A stretch of 64,000 nt of DNA from Octopus bimaculoides. Its lineage: Eukaryota. A program made the translations under genes and the position numbers. The stretch lies in NCBI RefSeq assembly GCF_001194135.2, contig NC_068981.1, positions 8,703,662 to 8,767,661 on the forward strand, given 5' to 3'. Shown piece by piece: positions 26,345-39,585 of this stretch (its first letter is position 1; the number at the start of each line of letters is the position of its first letter). Below the pieces are notes generated by a model. It saw nothing but the letters and a program-made list of their open reading frames with translations. It was not told where the DNA came from and ran no database searches.

Positions 26345-26470
26345 AAATCTCACAAAGCTCTGGTTGGCCCGAGGGTCTTGTAGAAGACACTTGTCCAAGT
26401 TGCCATGCATTGGCACTAAACCCGGAACCACGTGGTTGGGAAGCAAATTTCTTACCACACAGCCACGCCT
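26345..26470 (-). mobile_element. tRNA-derived CORE-like SINE
   Basis: Reverse complement GGCGTGGCTGTGTGGTAAG...GGTTCCGGGTTTAGT...TTGGACAAGTGTCTTCTAC; homologous to 40570-40722. Confidence 0.8.
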
Positions 26471-26615
26471 TCGCCTATTGCTTACCTTTTAATTCAACAA
26501 CTGACAATTTGGATTTTGAAGACTCACAATTACTAATTCGATTTATTTAGCTATGAAATGATAGCGATATAAAGTCTCCAAAGTTTCGAATAGGTTTTAC
26601 AACCAGCAAGATTCT

Positions 26616-26894
26616 TTAACTCTTTTGCCACCAAACTACCTGAGATCGCTTCTGGCTCTATGCTACAAACTTTCATTAAAATTACCTAAATTAAAATATT
26701 CCATCACAATTTCATGATAAATTTACGTTCCAAATACAAACTCAGTAATCCTTTCTATAACTTCTAAAATAATCAGCTTGATAATAGCAAACTTATTTTA
26801 CTAAATCTTTTTACTAAATTTTTCAAAATTAAGACATTGTTTTTTATAAAAGAAGTGGTGTATTTCAACTGAAGTCTGTTAACAAAAAGCCTAA
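26616..26894. mobile_element. piggyBac-like MITE, degenerate
   Basis: Begins TTAACTCTTTTG and ends CAAAAAGCCTAA (decayed TTAACCCTTTTG / CAAAAGGGTTAA) with an AT-rich non-coding interior. Confidence 0.5.
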
Positions 26895-27654
26895 TAAAAT
26901 CGACTCCAATGATTTCCGTAGAAAGGTAGTTTTATTAACCAAGTTATATATGAAGAAATGATAGTGAAATTTACTGCCATTTTTGCAGTTAAATCGTTAC
27001 TACGAAACGTGACGAAATGCAAGACGACAACGTGTTGTGCCATACAGATTAAAAACGCTAAAAAGCATTTTCTCGTCTCAAATAGTTCACGGGAGATTTC
27101 GGATGAACTTCCGGAAATTACAAATGGGAGGAAGTATTAAGAAGTCTGTAAAATAACACAAATCAAAGAATATCAATAAATAAGTTTTAAAGACTTCACT
27201 ATCACAGACATTTTAAAATAGTCATAAAATTAACCGCTGTCTCTTCCAGTTGTCACATTTTTTCTGTATAAAGTAGCAATCCGTTAGTAACAGTATTTTG
27301 TGGTTTGTGTATTCTAGGCAAAAACCTAGAAGTGCTCAATACACATCAGTGTTCTAAATTTATAGAGCTTGTTACAGTTGTAAGTTATTTCACAGAATTA
27401 TCTTCTCGTACCTAAAGGTTTTGTGTAACTGACTTTAATCCATCGTACGCATCAGTAAGCCAGCAAGTTTGAAATGAATTATACGCATATGTTCATAAAT
27501 ACATACATACATATCTATAGACATATGCGTATAATTCATTTCAAACTCGCTGGCTTGCCGATGGATAAAGTCAGTCGCACAAAACCTTTCGGTACGAGAA
27601 AATAATTGTGTGAAATACCTTACAGTATGTATGTATGTCTCGTGTGCTTGTGTA

Positions 27655-28216
27655 GGCCATCGGACGCGTCCCTAGATGGCGGATAGGGGAACGGCCTCCA
27701 GATATGGAGATTAGCTGCGAATAGCCAAATAAACAGCCTCGGACTACAGATGCCAAGCCGGTAGGAAGGGCTGGGAGTGAATTCTCACCACACTCACGAA
27801 CGGAAGCATCTTGAGACTGGGTTGCACAGAAGGTCTCAGAGCAATCGGTGGCGTAGGTTTTGTGATCAGCAAGGAATGAGCTGAGAATGTCATCTCTTGT
27901 CACTTCGTTTCTACACGAATAGGTGTGCTAAACGTCCCAATCACGAAGAAAGCGACCTTGAAGATCGTCTAGTCGTACGCTCCCACCTGTGCCAGCGACG
28001 ACAGAAGTGGAGGAATTCTATCTTGACCCAGAGCATGCTCTAGCGACCAGTTCTACATTCACCGTCATGTTGGGAGATTTCAACGCCAAAGTCGGAAAAG
28101 GTGAGAAGTACGTGAGAAGATTCGAACTCGGCGAGAGAAATCAGAGAGGAGAAAGTTTAGCCACCATGGCAGTGTCGAAGAGATTGTACATTGATGACAG
28201 TCTGTTCAAAAATCGT
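27655..28216 (+). mobile_element. RTE-clade LINE 5' leader and APE endonuclease fragment
   Basis: Leader GGCCTCCAGATATGGAGATTAGCTGCGAAT; peptides GGVGFVI, RIGVL, YAPT, EVEEFY, VMLGDFNAKVG and GERNQRGE. Confidence 0.9.
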
Positions 28217-28930
28217 CTTTCTCCACCGGAAAATTCACTGGTGAAGATAGCAGGGCCATATTCGTTGTGCCCCTGGTATTCGCCTCCCTGCGTAGTCACA
28301 CCTTGTTTCCTGAGAGTTTGCTGTCGAGGGCTTTCTCATAATCAATGAACGCAACATACAGAGGCAACTGGTACTGTCTCACTCGTTCCAGCAAATGCGT
28401 TAGAGTGAAAATATGATCTATAGTGCTGTACTTCTTTTTGAACCCTACCAGTTCTCATGACTGCTGCTCATCCAGTTGATATAACTGCTCAGCGATTATC
28501 TTCGTGAAGAGATTGTAAATATGAGACAGTAGACAGATAGGACGATAGTTCTTAAGATCTTCCTTATCGCCCTTCTTGTACAGCCGGATTGTATTCCATT
28601 CTTTCCATTGGGAAAGTATTGACTCTTCCCCTAGGTAGCGGTTGATGCGTAGAGCGAGGATTTTCCACAACTTCTCCCTGCCATGTCATACCATCTTTTC
28701 CCGGTACTTCCCCTTTGTTCATCAGCTTGAGGGCTCTCTCTCGACTTCACTGATCAGAATGGATGGCACGTTCTCTCCTTTGCTTTCCAACGACGGAGGC
28801 GCGACCACTGCTCTCGATTTAAAAAGGTTCGTGTACAAGGCTTTGCAGACTTCTTCCATACCTTTTCTGTCGGTCACTGATACCGAGAAATTTATGGAGA
28901 GCGAAAAAAAGCTTCTTCTAAGCAAGCAAC
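28217..28930 (-). mobile_element. RTE-clade LINE reverse-transcriptase fragment, inverted relative to the adjacent endonuclease
   Basis: Minus strand: VPSILISEVE, LYKKGDKEDLKNYRPICLLSHIYNLFTKII, GFKKKYSTIDHIFTLTHLLERVRQYQLPLYVAFIDYEKALDS, ending PVNFPVEK. Confidence 0.92.
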
Positions 28931-29234
28931 TCTAGACTTGTGTTTTAAAAAAGAAATCTACAAGTCTGTCTACGAGTGCTTGTGAATCGGCGATCGCATC
29001 TACAAGTGATGGTGTGTGCTAGTCTAGTGCGAGTGAAAGTGATTCAAAAAATGGTTATAATAATAATAATATTTTATATTATAAATGATCTTGACATCCT
29101 TTTTACTTTACATAAAATATTCTTTACACTCTACTGTTGTTTTATTGCCACTTATTTAAAAGCATTATAAATTTTATAGATAAAATATTTTTCTGGAAAT
29201 GAATTACGATTTATAACATTGCTACTATGATAAA

Positions 29235-29312
29235 TTATTGCTCTGCTTTACGAGTTTTCGCTTTACGAGCGATTTCCGGGAATAAATTAACTCGTATATT
29301 GAGACATTACTG
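29235..29312. mobile_element. pogo/Tigger-like terminal fragment
   Basis: Repeated TTTACGAG and an end CTCGTATATTGAGACATTACTG whose reverse complement starts CAGTAAT, as in the TIR at 42608. Confidence 0.55.
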
Positions 29313-30527
29313 AATATACATATACACAGTCACACGTAATGTATGTGTGCGTGTGCATGTGTATGTGCGTATATATACACAGAAAGGGTGGGGAGAGAGA
29401 GAGAGTCAGACGGATTATCATTCTTATGGCGGATGCTCATAAAGCTGATTAGAAAATACAAAACGGCTATAAGAAATCCACAGGGGTGGTCACTGGGGAA
29501 AGACGCGTTTCTATAGAAACAGGATAGGCCTGAAGTTATGATTTAATCTGTGGGTAATTTGCAGATCAATGGAGTTGGATATTAACAAAGCATCGGTGAG
29601 GCAGAAATCCGGACAATTAAAAGAAGCTTTGGGAGCCAAAGGGCTGAGGATTGTCCCTTTTTTATAAGTGTATGCAGAGATTTGGGTTGTGGTGGGGGTT
29701 TAGATGGGTGTATATGTATAGATAGATAGATGACACACAGACGGACAGATAAATAAATAGATAGACAGAAAGGTAGACAGACAGGTACAAAGGCTGACTG
29801 ACAGACAGGCAGACAGACTCGAAATGCTATTCCTACATGGCCTCTCTCTTTCTCTTTCTCTCACACACACACAAATACACTGACATTCACACACACACCA
29901 ACTCTCTCTCTCTCTTTCCCTCTCTCCTTCTCTCTCTTTCTCTTTCTCTCTCTTTTTCTCTCTCTCCTTCTCTCTCTTTCTCTCTCTCTCGCTTTCTCTC
30001 CCTCTCTCTCTCTTACACACACCCACACGCTCCACACATGCCCCCACGCCCCCTCACATACACGCCCCACACACTAACATTTACACACCCCTATGCCACT
30101 TCTTGCACTAATATCTCTTGAAACAACCTCATTCAGCGCCCATCACCCAGCTTCCGGTCAGTCAACGCCCAACATGCAGACTAACTCCACGTGGATAATT
30201 TTGTTTCCCCTGCGATGATTTTTTTTTTTTTTTATATTTGTTTTTTTACTGCATCTTTCAGTTTTATCCTCATCTTTCCTCTTCCCTTTGCCCTCCACAC
30301 CCGACCCCGAAGAAGGACAACAACCGAAACATTAGAACAGTCAATTCTGTCCAGTTCTCCACGAATCAAAATAATAACTTTGATTGAATTCTATTCAGCA
30401 GATGAAGACTGACCTAATCGACATTACAAGTGGAATCCTGAAATGTTTCATGGCAATCCCATGTTCTTGGAAGACAAGGACATAACCTTCAAGAGATGAC
30501 GTGATATAACAGTCACGAGTCGAAGAG

Positions 30528-30599
30528 AAGTTACACTTCAAGTTACACTTCAAGTTACACTTCAAGTTACACTTCAAGTTACACTTCAAGTTACACTTC
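30528..30599. repeat. Perfect 12-bp tandem repeat (AAGTTACACTTC)x6
   Basis: Six identical units read directly from the sequence. Confidence 0.97.
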
Positions 30600-31169
30600 A
30601 GTGTGTGTGTGTGTGTGTGAACAGGAGATTGGAAAACGTTTTGGGTTTTATTTATTCACCATTACATGTGTTTCTTTTACTAATAGGACTTACAAAATTG
30701 TACGTGTGGAAGAAACATGTAAGACATTTATTAGAAACTCTTCAGACAGAATATCAAGCAGTCATATATGTACACAATATACATATATATATATATACGT
30801 TATGTATGTGTGGATGGATATAAGTATATAGAATGTATGCATGTGTGTGTTTGTGTATTAAGTATGCGTGCATGCATGTATATATAGTTGTATGTATATA
30901 GGTATACATGCTTGTTGGTCTCACTCAGTTTTCTTATTATGGGTCCTTTAATCTAAACAATCTGATTGTTCCTAAGAACGTGCCACCCTAAAAAAATATG
31001 TTTATTTTATTGTGAAAGTTATGTATTAGAGCAGTTAACGACAGCTAGTACGCCAAAACTTTGTCAGAGTCAACCTGGTCCTCATAAGTATATACGTGCA
31101 CATACACACAAACACACACACACACACATGTATACGCATATACATATATGAATACATGTGTGTGTGTGT

Positions 31170-31309
<140 letters not shown>

Positions 31310-32559
31310 ATATATTTCGCTTGGGCATAGCGATACTAAATGACCTGGTTTTAAAACACAATATACATATGCTTCAGAATAAAGAGTTAGTCGAGCACAG
31401 AGCATAATATCCATTATTTAAAGAATTGCGAAATCAAATTCATTAAAACTGCATGCTTGTGCATCATCTATAGCAGAAACGGCTGTAAGCTAATGGAGCG
31501 AATTGTGAACATCAGATCAGAGATTCCAACACTGACAGAATATATCGACCACTCTTGTCTAAAACGCCTCTGTGCTTTTCTTTTGCATCTCCTACCGTCA
31601 CTCACTATTTGTCACTTGACAGCCTCCTGCATCCACACTCTTTGTTCGACAACGAACAAAAACACATTGCTAATTATTATACGTGGACGATTATGACTTG
31701 GCTATCATAATCATCACGAAGTTTCAGCCCAACTTCAAGTGACCATGAGTCAACGATCCTAAACTGCTTTAAAACTGATCTCGAAAAGTCTCTAAACAAC
31801 AAGCACCATTAAGCTTGTTATAATCTTCGTGTCGCTTCTGAACACGATTCATCCGAAATGTTATGCCAAAATCCAAACGGAAACTAAGAAATAGAATTTT
31901 ATAACTGGATTCAACAGATACTTTATCTCCTCTTCCAACAACAGTTCCATTTGCTTTACCAATCTACAACGAGAATTTCAAAGTTCTCATGAAGTACTTC
32001 AAACACTCTTCAGTAACGCTATCGAGTTTTAGATTCAGATTTCACTACTATTAAATATGGCTTCTTTCAGTTTTTGCCAATGAAGAGATGAGTAAGAAAA
32101 GTGTAAATAAAGCGACAAAATCGTACCGAAAACGTTATCATCAATACATAGTAGTTAGCAGCAAGCAACCCAATCACATTGAGAGAAAAGCTATCGCAGT
32201 TTCCAAAAAAGTAGCCTTTTACTTTTTGCCTGAATCTTCCGTTGAACGCCATTTTTATAAGCAAACATAATGCAACATTGTCCTGGTGCTGAGATCAACA
32301 ATGTCAGAAAGACATTTCTTTCTATTTTGTTAAGCTTATTTCTACAGATATTCTTTAGAACTTATAACCAGCACTGATTTTTGCCACAACGTCTCGTATC
32401 GAGACGTCAGATGTAACCATTTAATGTAATCGAAGACAAAAGTGAGTAACGAGTGTATATACCATATTTCAGGGGTTGTTGCCCCTTCATCAGCACTCAT
32501 CTAACTCACTATTGCCTCCGAACACATTGCTTATGTAGCCACCGCATACAGTGGTGTTA

Positions 32560-34110
32560 AGTTATTGGATATACCAATTTACGTAGTAGAAATGATGTTT
32601 GGAGACAGCAAAAAGGGGACACTCAATTACAAACTGATTACTCTCAAACAGGAGCTAAAAGCTGTCAGTGAAAAAGTCCAAAAGAGAACAACCGAGAGAA
32701 GAACAATAAACAACAAATTTAACTGCAACCAGGCAGCAGTATACAGAGACATGAGAGGAGGAGCAGTAAACATCACGGAAACTCCTTCACCAAAAGACAT
32801 AGACTCCTTCTGGAGGAAAATCTGGAGTGAAGAGAAAGAATTTAACCACGACTCACTGTGACTGGAATAAATCCGAAGAAGTTATTGTTTCTACGTTACA
32901 TCCAAGACATACAACATTGATGGGGAAACTCTTGCAACCGGAAACTCCAGAATGGAAAAGCACCCGAAAGAGACTTGATTGTTGGATATTGGTACAAGAA
33001 GCTAACATTCTACTGACCATATCTTATCAATTTGTACCAGCAAGTTCTTATTGGGAACAGTAACATACCACACTGGTTAGCTATGACAGAGACAAAATTG
33101 ATCCCCAAATGCAGAACCACCCACATGGAAAAAAAACTACCGGCCAATTGCATGCCAGAACTTAATGTATAAGATATATACAGCATGTTTAAACCTCTTC
33201 CTCCAAGACCATTGTGAAACCAATAACATTATCACAGCAGAACAAGAAGCTGGGAAGAAGGGAATCTAGGGATGTGCCGAGCAATTGTTAATCAACAAAA
33301 CTGTGATGTCAGAATGTGCGAGATCATAGAAGGAACCTAGCTTCAATGTGGCTAAACTATAAGAAAGCCTTTGACTCTGTTACCCATTCATGGATGCTAG
33401 AAGCCCTTCAAATTGCTAAAGTTCCAGTGAGAATAGTCAAAGCCATAACTGACCTTATTTCATCATGGGCCACCATCTTGAAATTAAACACAGGGAGTGA
33501 CTGTATTATCACCGATAGAATACAGTATCGCAAAGGCATATTCCAAGGAGACAGCCTCTCTGTGATGTTGTTTATACTTTCTGTAAACCCCTTGCCATTC
33601 ATGTTAAGGAAATCTGAAGGATATCTCACTGGTTCACAAGGAAACGGAAATACCAAAATTACACACTGTTTTTTGTGGATGACTTGAAACATTATTCAAA
33701 GAATATGCAGGAGATGAAAATGAGCCTTGACCTAGTTACAACATTCTCAAAGGATGTAGGGTTGGAATTTGGTCAGGATAAATGTTGTTATATAATTGTG
33801 AAAAGGGGGGAAACTATAAACCAGATTAGTAACATCTCCATCAATGATTTGACTATCTCCCCTGTATCTGACGAGAAATGTTACAGGTATCTAGGGGTGG
33901 ATGAAAATATATCTTACAATGATATCTGTAACATAACATGTGTCACGAAAAATATGTTAAAGCCGAATAAAGAGAATTTGGACTTCAGAACTCTCTGCAT
34001 TCAATACAACAGTGACCCACAATGTGTTTGCAGTGCCAGTACTCATACCAACGTTTTGGCTGCTTGATTGGACGCTTGATGAGATCCGAACCATTGATGC
34101 GAAAACCGTC
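32560..34110 (+). mobile_element. R4/Dong-type LINE, longest remnant (N-terminal region and RT, frameshifted)
   Basis: NYRPIACQNLMYKIYT, EQLLINK, WLNYKKAFDSVTHSWMLEAL, KGIFQGDSLSVMLFIL, MDDLKHYSK, GLEFGQDKC, YRYLGVDEN. Confidence 0.95.
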
Positions 34111-35348
34111 AGACACTGACTCTTTCTATCTCCTCACTCCATTTCAAGCTTCACTCCACACTCTCGACCCTCTCACACCACTCTTCTTTCTCTCTTCTCT
34201 CCCCCTTCTCTCTCAATCCTTCTCTTTCTCCCCTCTATCTCCCCCCTCTCTCTTTCTCTCTCTTCCTGATCGTCACACGGAGGGCAAAGTTCTGCAATGT
34301 TAGATTCCCCACCCTTACGTAAATCAAACTCACCCAATTCCGTTTGTGGCTAATTGTTGCCAGAGCAGACGACTCTCACCAGTATCCGAACTTTCATATT
34401 ACACCCTGAACCTATGTTGGTGTAATGTCTGAGGAATACATTTTGGGGTGGGGGTGGGGGGAAATGTTATAAGGAAAGTATGGTTGGAAGATATGGTGAG
34501 GAAATATTATAGAGAAAATTTGGAGGGATTCAATGGAGACAAGTTTGGTGGGAAAAAGGATTACGTTGCAGAGTTTAGTAGGGAAATTTGGTTTGGAGGG
34601 AGGAGGGGAAGGAAGAGGAGGAGAAGGAGGAGGAGGAGCAGGAGGAAGTGGAGAAGAAGAGGTGGTGTTAGCAAACTATTGTAGAATAGAGAGAGTGGGG
34701 GTGGGGACACAGCACATTGATGGTGTGGGGGTAGATTGACTATCACTTAGTTGACCTTTACACCAACAGTGATGTGTGTATGTCACGTGGTGTGGTGTAA
34801 TTAATTATGGGGTGACATGCAAGAAGGCGGAACAGAAATTAGTGAGGGTGAGAGAGAAAGAAAGAGATTATGAAAGACAGGTCGAGAAATAATTGACAGA
34901 CAGACAGATAGACAGACAGACAGATAGGATTATCGTTAAAAATTTATAAAGAGAGAATAAGACAAAAGTAAAGAGGAAAGCAAAAAAGAGAGGGGAGAGG
35001 GAGGGAAGAAAGAGTAATAGAGACAACGGAGATAACTGGTGGACAGAGAAAAAAAAGGGGGGGGAGAAGTAGAGTGATAAGTATACAGAGAGGAGAGACA
35101 GGGTGAGAAGATGGGGAAAATAATTCAGCCAGAGATTAATTAACGGATAAATATTAAATTTAGCAAGAATAGAGGAGACATTCTGGGATCTCTGACAAGA
35201 AAGAATAAATAAATAAATATATTGGCTGAAGAAGCTGTTAGGCGAAACTTAAAGTGCCACTCAGTTCCAACTTTATAATGTATTTTACTCGGCTCTCAGG
35301 GTTGAGACACTCCATCAGCAAATGTCCCGTTTTCCTTATTAAACTTGA

Positions 35349-35555
35349 TTTAAAGGCCAACAATTTTGGCTGGGTGGGTGGGGGTGGAGCGGCGATAAGT
35401 TGATTACATCAACCTCAATATTTGACTGATACTTATTTTATCGACATCGAAAGGATGAAAGGCAAAGCTGACCTCGGCGCAATTTGAACTCAGAACGGAC
35501 GAAATGCCGCTGAGCCTTTCGCCAGACATGCTAACGATTCTGCCAGCTCGCAACC
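35349..35555 (-). mobile_element. Meta-like tRNA-derived SINE
   Basis: ATCGACATCGAAAGGATGAAAGGCAAAGCTGACCTCGGCGCAATTTGAACTCAGAA...GCTAACGATTCTGCCAGCTCG, the reverse complement of the 22651 copy. Confidence 0.88.
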
Positions 35556-35822
35556 TTAACTAGATTTAATATAATAACCTTAAACATTCCAATCTTAGTA
35601 TATATTATGTATTTGGTACGTATTAGTATATTATATTTCTAACATTTATATTTTGGTATACGTTTTATATTGTTAAGCATCGACCTTTAAGTGTAAGAGC
35701 AGCCAAATGCACTTAAATGTTATATCGTAGTGAATCAATGAGCAATTACGTAATATACGCGATATTCTATGAGGAGAATATCACGTACATTCACAAATGG
35801 AACGACTCTGATGGCATATTTA

Positions 35823-36080
35823 TAGCGGTGATTCTCAACCAGAGTCCATAAGGCCCTTGGCGCTCCATATAAGATTTTGTTGTTACATTTTATGTTCAAT
35901 AAATTGCGTATGCTTCAACGATACACAAAATATTTAATTTGTTTTTCATACATTTCCTAATAATATTTAATTATGAAAATATAACGGGATTTTTTAAAGC
36001 ATCGAATAGCTATGGGCGTCAGTATGGTAAAAAAAAAAGGGGGGGTGGATCCATAGGCAAAACATCGTCGAGAACCCCTG
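35823..36080. mobile_element. hAT (Charlie-like) MITE
   Basis: Ends TAGCGGTGATTCTCAACC and GTCGAGAACCCCTG match CAGTGGTTCTCAACC-type TIRs; AT-rich interior. Confidence 0.6.
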
Positions 36081-36249
36081 ATTTACAGAATTTGAATTGA
36101 TCTGGCACTAAACAACACCAGCAATAACAACAACAACATCGCTACTGAAATAATGATACCGACTGGTTGTCTCTCAGACAGTCAACTGAGGAATGGGTTT
36201 AGAACAACCAATACAATATGGCACTGCATGGACAACGTTTATTAAACAA

Positions 36250-37000
36250 GAGCAGGGAGAAGATATAAACTAATGAAGTGAAGAGGATATTGTGTTATAG
36301 TTTACTAGTGAAAATTTTAAGAAGAATTTAACGGCTGGGACACTCCAGACATGGATATACCTTAATAAAGATCTGCATGGAGGATATTTTAGACATGAGT
36401 AAAAAAGAAAAACTAAACTTATTAGTGAAAAATTTTCACCGTGACAAGCAGGACGAAATCAACTTTAAGAAGTCTAGCTTCTTTTGGACTCACAACCACT
36501 CCATTACTTTGGAACGTATGCTTCTGCAATCGAAGAGCGAAGTCCTTACTCCCCAGACACGCGACCTACTATTTCAGTTGTTATTTCATTGAAAAGCATT
36601 ACACTATAATCAGCAGCAGCTGAGCCCTAAAATGTTGTCAAACTATTTTTTATGCCGCCATGATGGTCTTTTTACAACAATATCGAATTCCATAGAAAGG
36701 TTTGCACAGGGATAATCATATAAAAATTCACTACTCATATTAGATGCATATTTATATAGTTTGGCTGAAAGGCGATTAGCGGAACATCCCCTCAAAACAT
36801 CCGCTTAACACAAACAGTCAGACATAATTGTAGAGAAAGGGAAAAACATTGTTGAAAATTAGATTAGAGCAAACTGCACTAATCTAATTTTGTGGGGTTT
36901 AATTGACTGCCCAGAAAATGGGAATATTTCACTCAAAATAGGGAGAAAGAGAATATTTATTTCGAAATGTTTTGTCAACCTACAAGTAATTTACAAAGGC
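36250..37000 (+). mobile_element. Highly decayed R4/Dong-type LINE post-RT region
   Basis: KDLHGGYF, HYFGTYASAIEE (compare FEGYAFAIQEQ) and IISSS..PKMLSNY..RHDG (compare 38900-39000). Confidence 0.55.
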
Positions 37001-37310
37001 TATAAATTTATGTATGTGTAATTTATTTATATATTTTGTTGGGTTTCGAAAAGTTTAAGCAATAATCAGGACAACTTTGAAGTTTTACATATTAGAAGAT
37101 ATGATCTTCAAATACGTATTCTACTAACTTAATCAGTAAGTGGAATAGTGAAAATATGTCTAAATTCCATGAATGGAATTTTTTTGTTTTTTATTTTTGG
37201 ATTTAGCTGTGTTTCTTTTGTTTTTATAGAAAGAAATGGAAGAATTGAAAGATTGGATATACATGAAGGGAGACGGAGAGACAAAGACAGAGACAGACAG
37301 AGAAAGAGAA

Positions 37311-37419
<109 letters not shown>

Positions 37420-37589
37420 AACAGAAACAGAACTAAAGAACTGTATGTCTTTTATAATTATTTGAATTCATTTTAGAAGAAAGGAACTGGTTTCTAACAA
37501 AGAAGCATATCTCCAGCACCGAAATTTGGTTAAGAAGAATGATAATTATCACATGCTGAACTCTGGAAAAGTATCGTAGATTTTTACTG

Positions 37590-37760
37590 TTCCACTTCCA
37601 GACTCTGTATTTGTAAAGTATGTATTAACGAATCCAGTTCTTTATTGGAAACCAAAAGCTTTTCATGGTTTTCACGTAAATTTTTACTATTAAAACCAAA
37701 TGACCCAATAATGACTGTTATAAATGCGAATTTATAATCAGGGCAGAGAAAATATGTTTC
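37590..37760 (-). mobile_element. RLE LINE 3' end fragment
   Basis: Minus strand PDYKFAFITVIIGSFG...LIHTLQIQSL. Confidence 0.65.
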
Positions 37761-38469
37761 GAAGCAGCTGCCCGTAAACACTCTCCTCCTCACCAATTTT
37801 GAACGAAATATATTTACATATGTTGGACGACTGATCTCTGGCTGTGCATATTTATTTTCCGTCCAAAATACTCTAAATCAGGTTTGATATGTTTGACTAG
37901 GTAGAAGTTTTGATGAGAATATTCGACCAATATTCTTTGTGTTCACATATATGTACGTATTCCATAGAAGAGGCGTTGTCTATATTTATTCCAGAACAAT
38001 CTTTCCTCAGAATGGCACCGTAAATTGTTTTAATCACAACATCATGTCACAGTGGCTGATGGTACCTTGATGATTGATGATTGACGATATTTGTTAATCA
38101 TTTGTTTATTATCGTTAATAGAAATGTGATGCAATATGTATTTTTGGTCCATCTTTTGAATTTTTAAGGCCCCTCCTGTGTCTTTTGACCATTCAGTATT
38201 TTTTTTTTTAGTTATCTCCTGTTCTTCGTTAACCTTCAAAATGTGAGATGATGGCCACCAGTGCAAGAGAGTCTTCTAAACATCCTGTTAATAAGAGCAT
38301 CGTCCTCAAGTTTATGAGAAACATATTTTGTGGATCATGGTGATTTTCCCTTTCACGATTTTAATGTACGTTCTCTTCTTTTTTAATCTATTGGAAATCT
38401 TCCTCTGTGGAAGGAACAGCTTTTAACAAAGATTGTATCTTTGGAATGTAGATAAAAAAAAAGTCACAT

Positions 38470-39050
38470 TTTAAACTTGAAAAAAGTCTTGCATGCTTTT
38501 AGTGTTCCGCTTACAGAGTGTATTTGTAATGAAAACCTTATCTTATCTAGATTGTCCACTTGGGCATTTACTCTCGAAACTAAGTGCGCCAATTATTATT
38601 GGTATAAATGTAAGTTTATAATCCGGATATAGAGGCGGTTTCGAAGCAATTGTCCATAGTTATTTTCTTTCTCTTTGATTTTTCAAAGAGATATTCACAT
38701 CAGCAGAACAGCTGATCTCAATGATGATACATACTTACTCTTGTCTGTCCCAAACCATGATATCCGGCCTGTTATTGCTTACACTTAACATATATTTTGA
38801 TGGGAATGTTTCACCAGTATTCCTTGTGCTGATATTTGTGTACTTATTCAATAACAGGAGGATTCTCCATATGCATTTCGGGACAGTCTTTTTCTCCGAA
38901 TAGTATCAGTGTATATTGTTTTTGCGGCAACGTCGTGTCACATAGGAAAGTAGTACCTTGAGAACATTTTTGGGCGACGGCCAATCACATGTGTGATATC
39001 TTCCACAGAATTATGTCATAATATACATTTTCGGTTGCATTTGAGGCATC
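38470..39050 (-). mobile_element. R4/Dong-type LINE 3' end (CCHC knuckle and RLE)
   Basis: Minus strand SVEDITHVIG..PKMFSRYYFPM.HD, NRPDIMVWDRQE.VCIIIEISCSADVNISLKIKEKENNYG and PIIIGAL. Confidence 0.85.
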
Positions 39051-39547
39051 AAGTGCTTGTGTATGTGTGTATGTACATATATATGTTTCTCAAGACAACA
39101 AATAGTAAAAATTCAGATCTAGAAGACAAGTGTTAAAACATTCTTCCATGTGCAACATTTAAAAAGTGTGTGAAGCGTAGTGGGTGTGTGGAGAGCGTGA
39201 TGTGTGTGTGTGGGTTGTGTGTGTCAAGTGTGTGAAGTGTGTATGATGTGGTTAAAAAGTTAGACGGGTTTAATCTTTGCCCTTTCAACGTTACTAGTCT
39301 ACACTTATAATTCAAGTTGTGAGCAAATATTACATATACGAGCGTGTATATGTGTGTGTATATGTGTGGGGCGAGTAAGAGAAAGCCGTAGATTCATTTC
39401 CAACATAAACCTACGTATGTCTTTACATAGACATACAAAGAGACAGCCGAGGCATACATATTTTACGTAGGTCTCTAATGAGATGCATACGCAAACATTA
39501 CGAGGTCAAATGTTGAGTTTGACAAGATTAACTTACAACAGACCTAT

Positions 39548-39585
<38 letters not shown>

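Noticed and set aside
36377-36592. 71-aa ORF as a host exon
   Set aside because: Neighbouring frames show decayed R4/Dong LINE motifs.
37885-37903. TGATATGTTTGA, matching the 5' end of miR-190
   Set aside because: The match ends after 12 nt and I could not see a complementary star arm.
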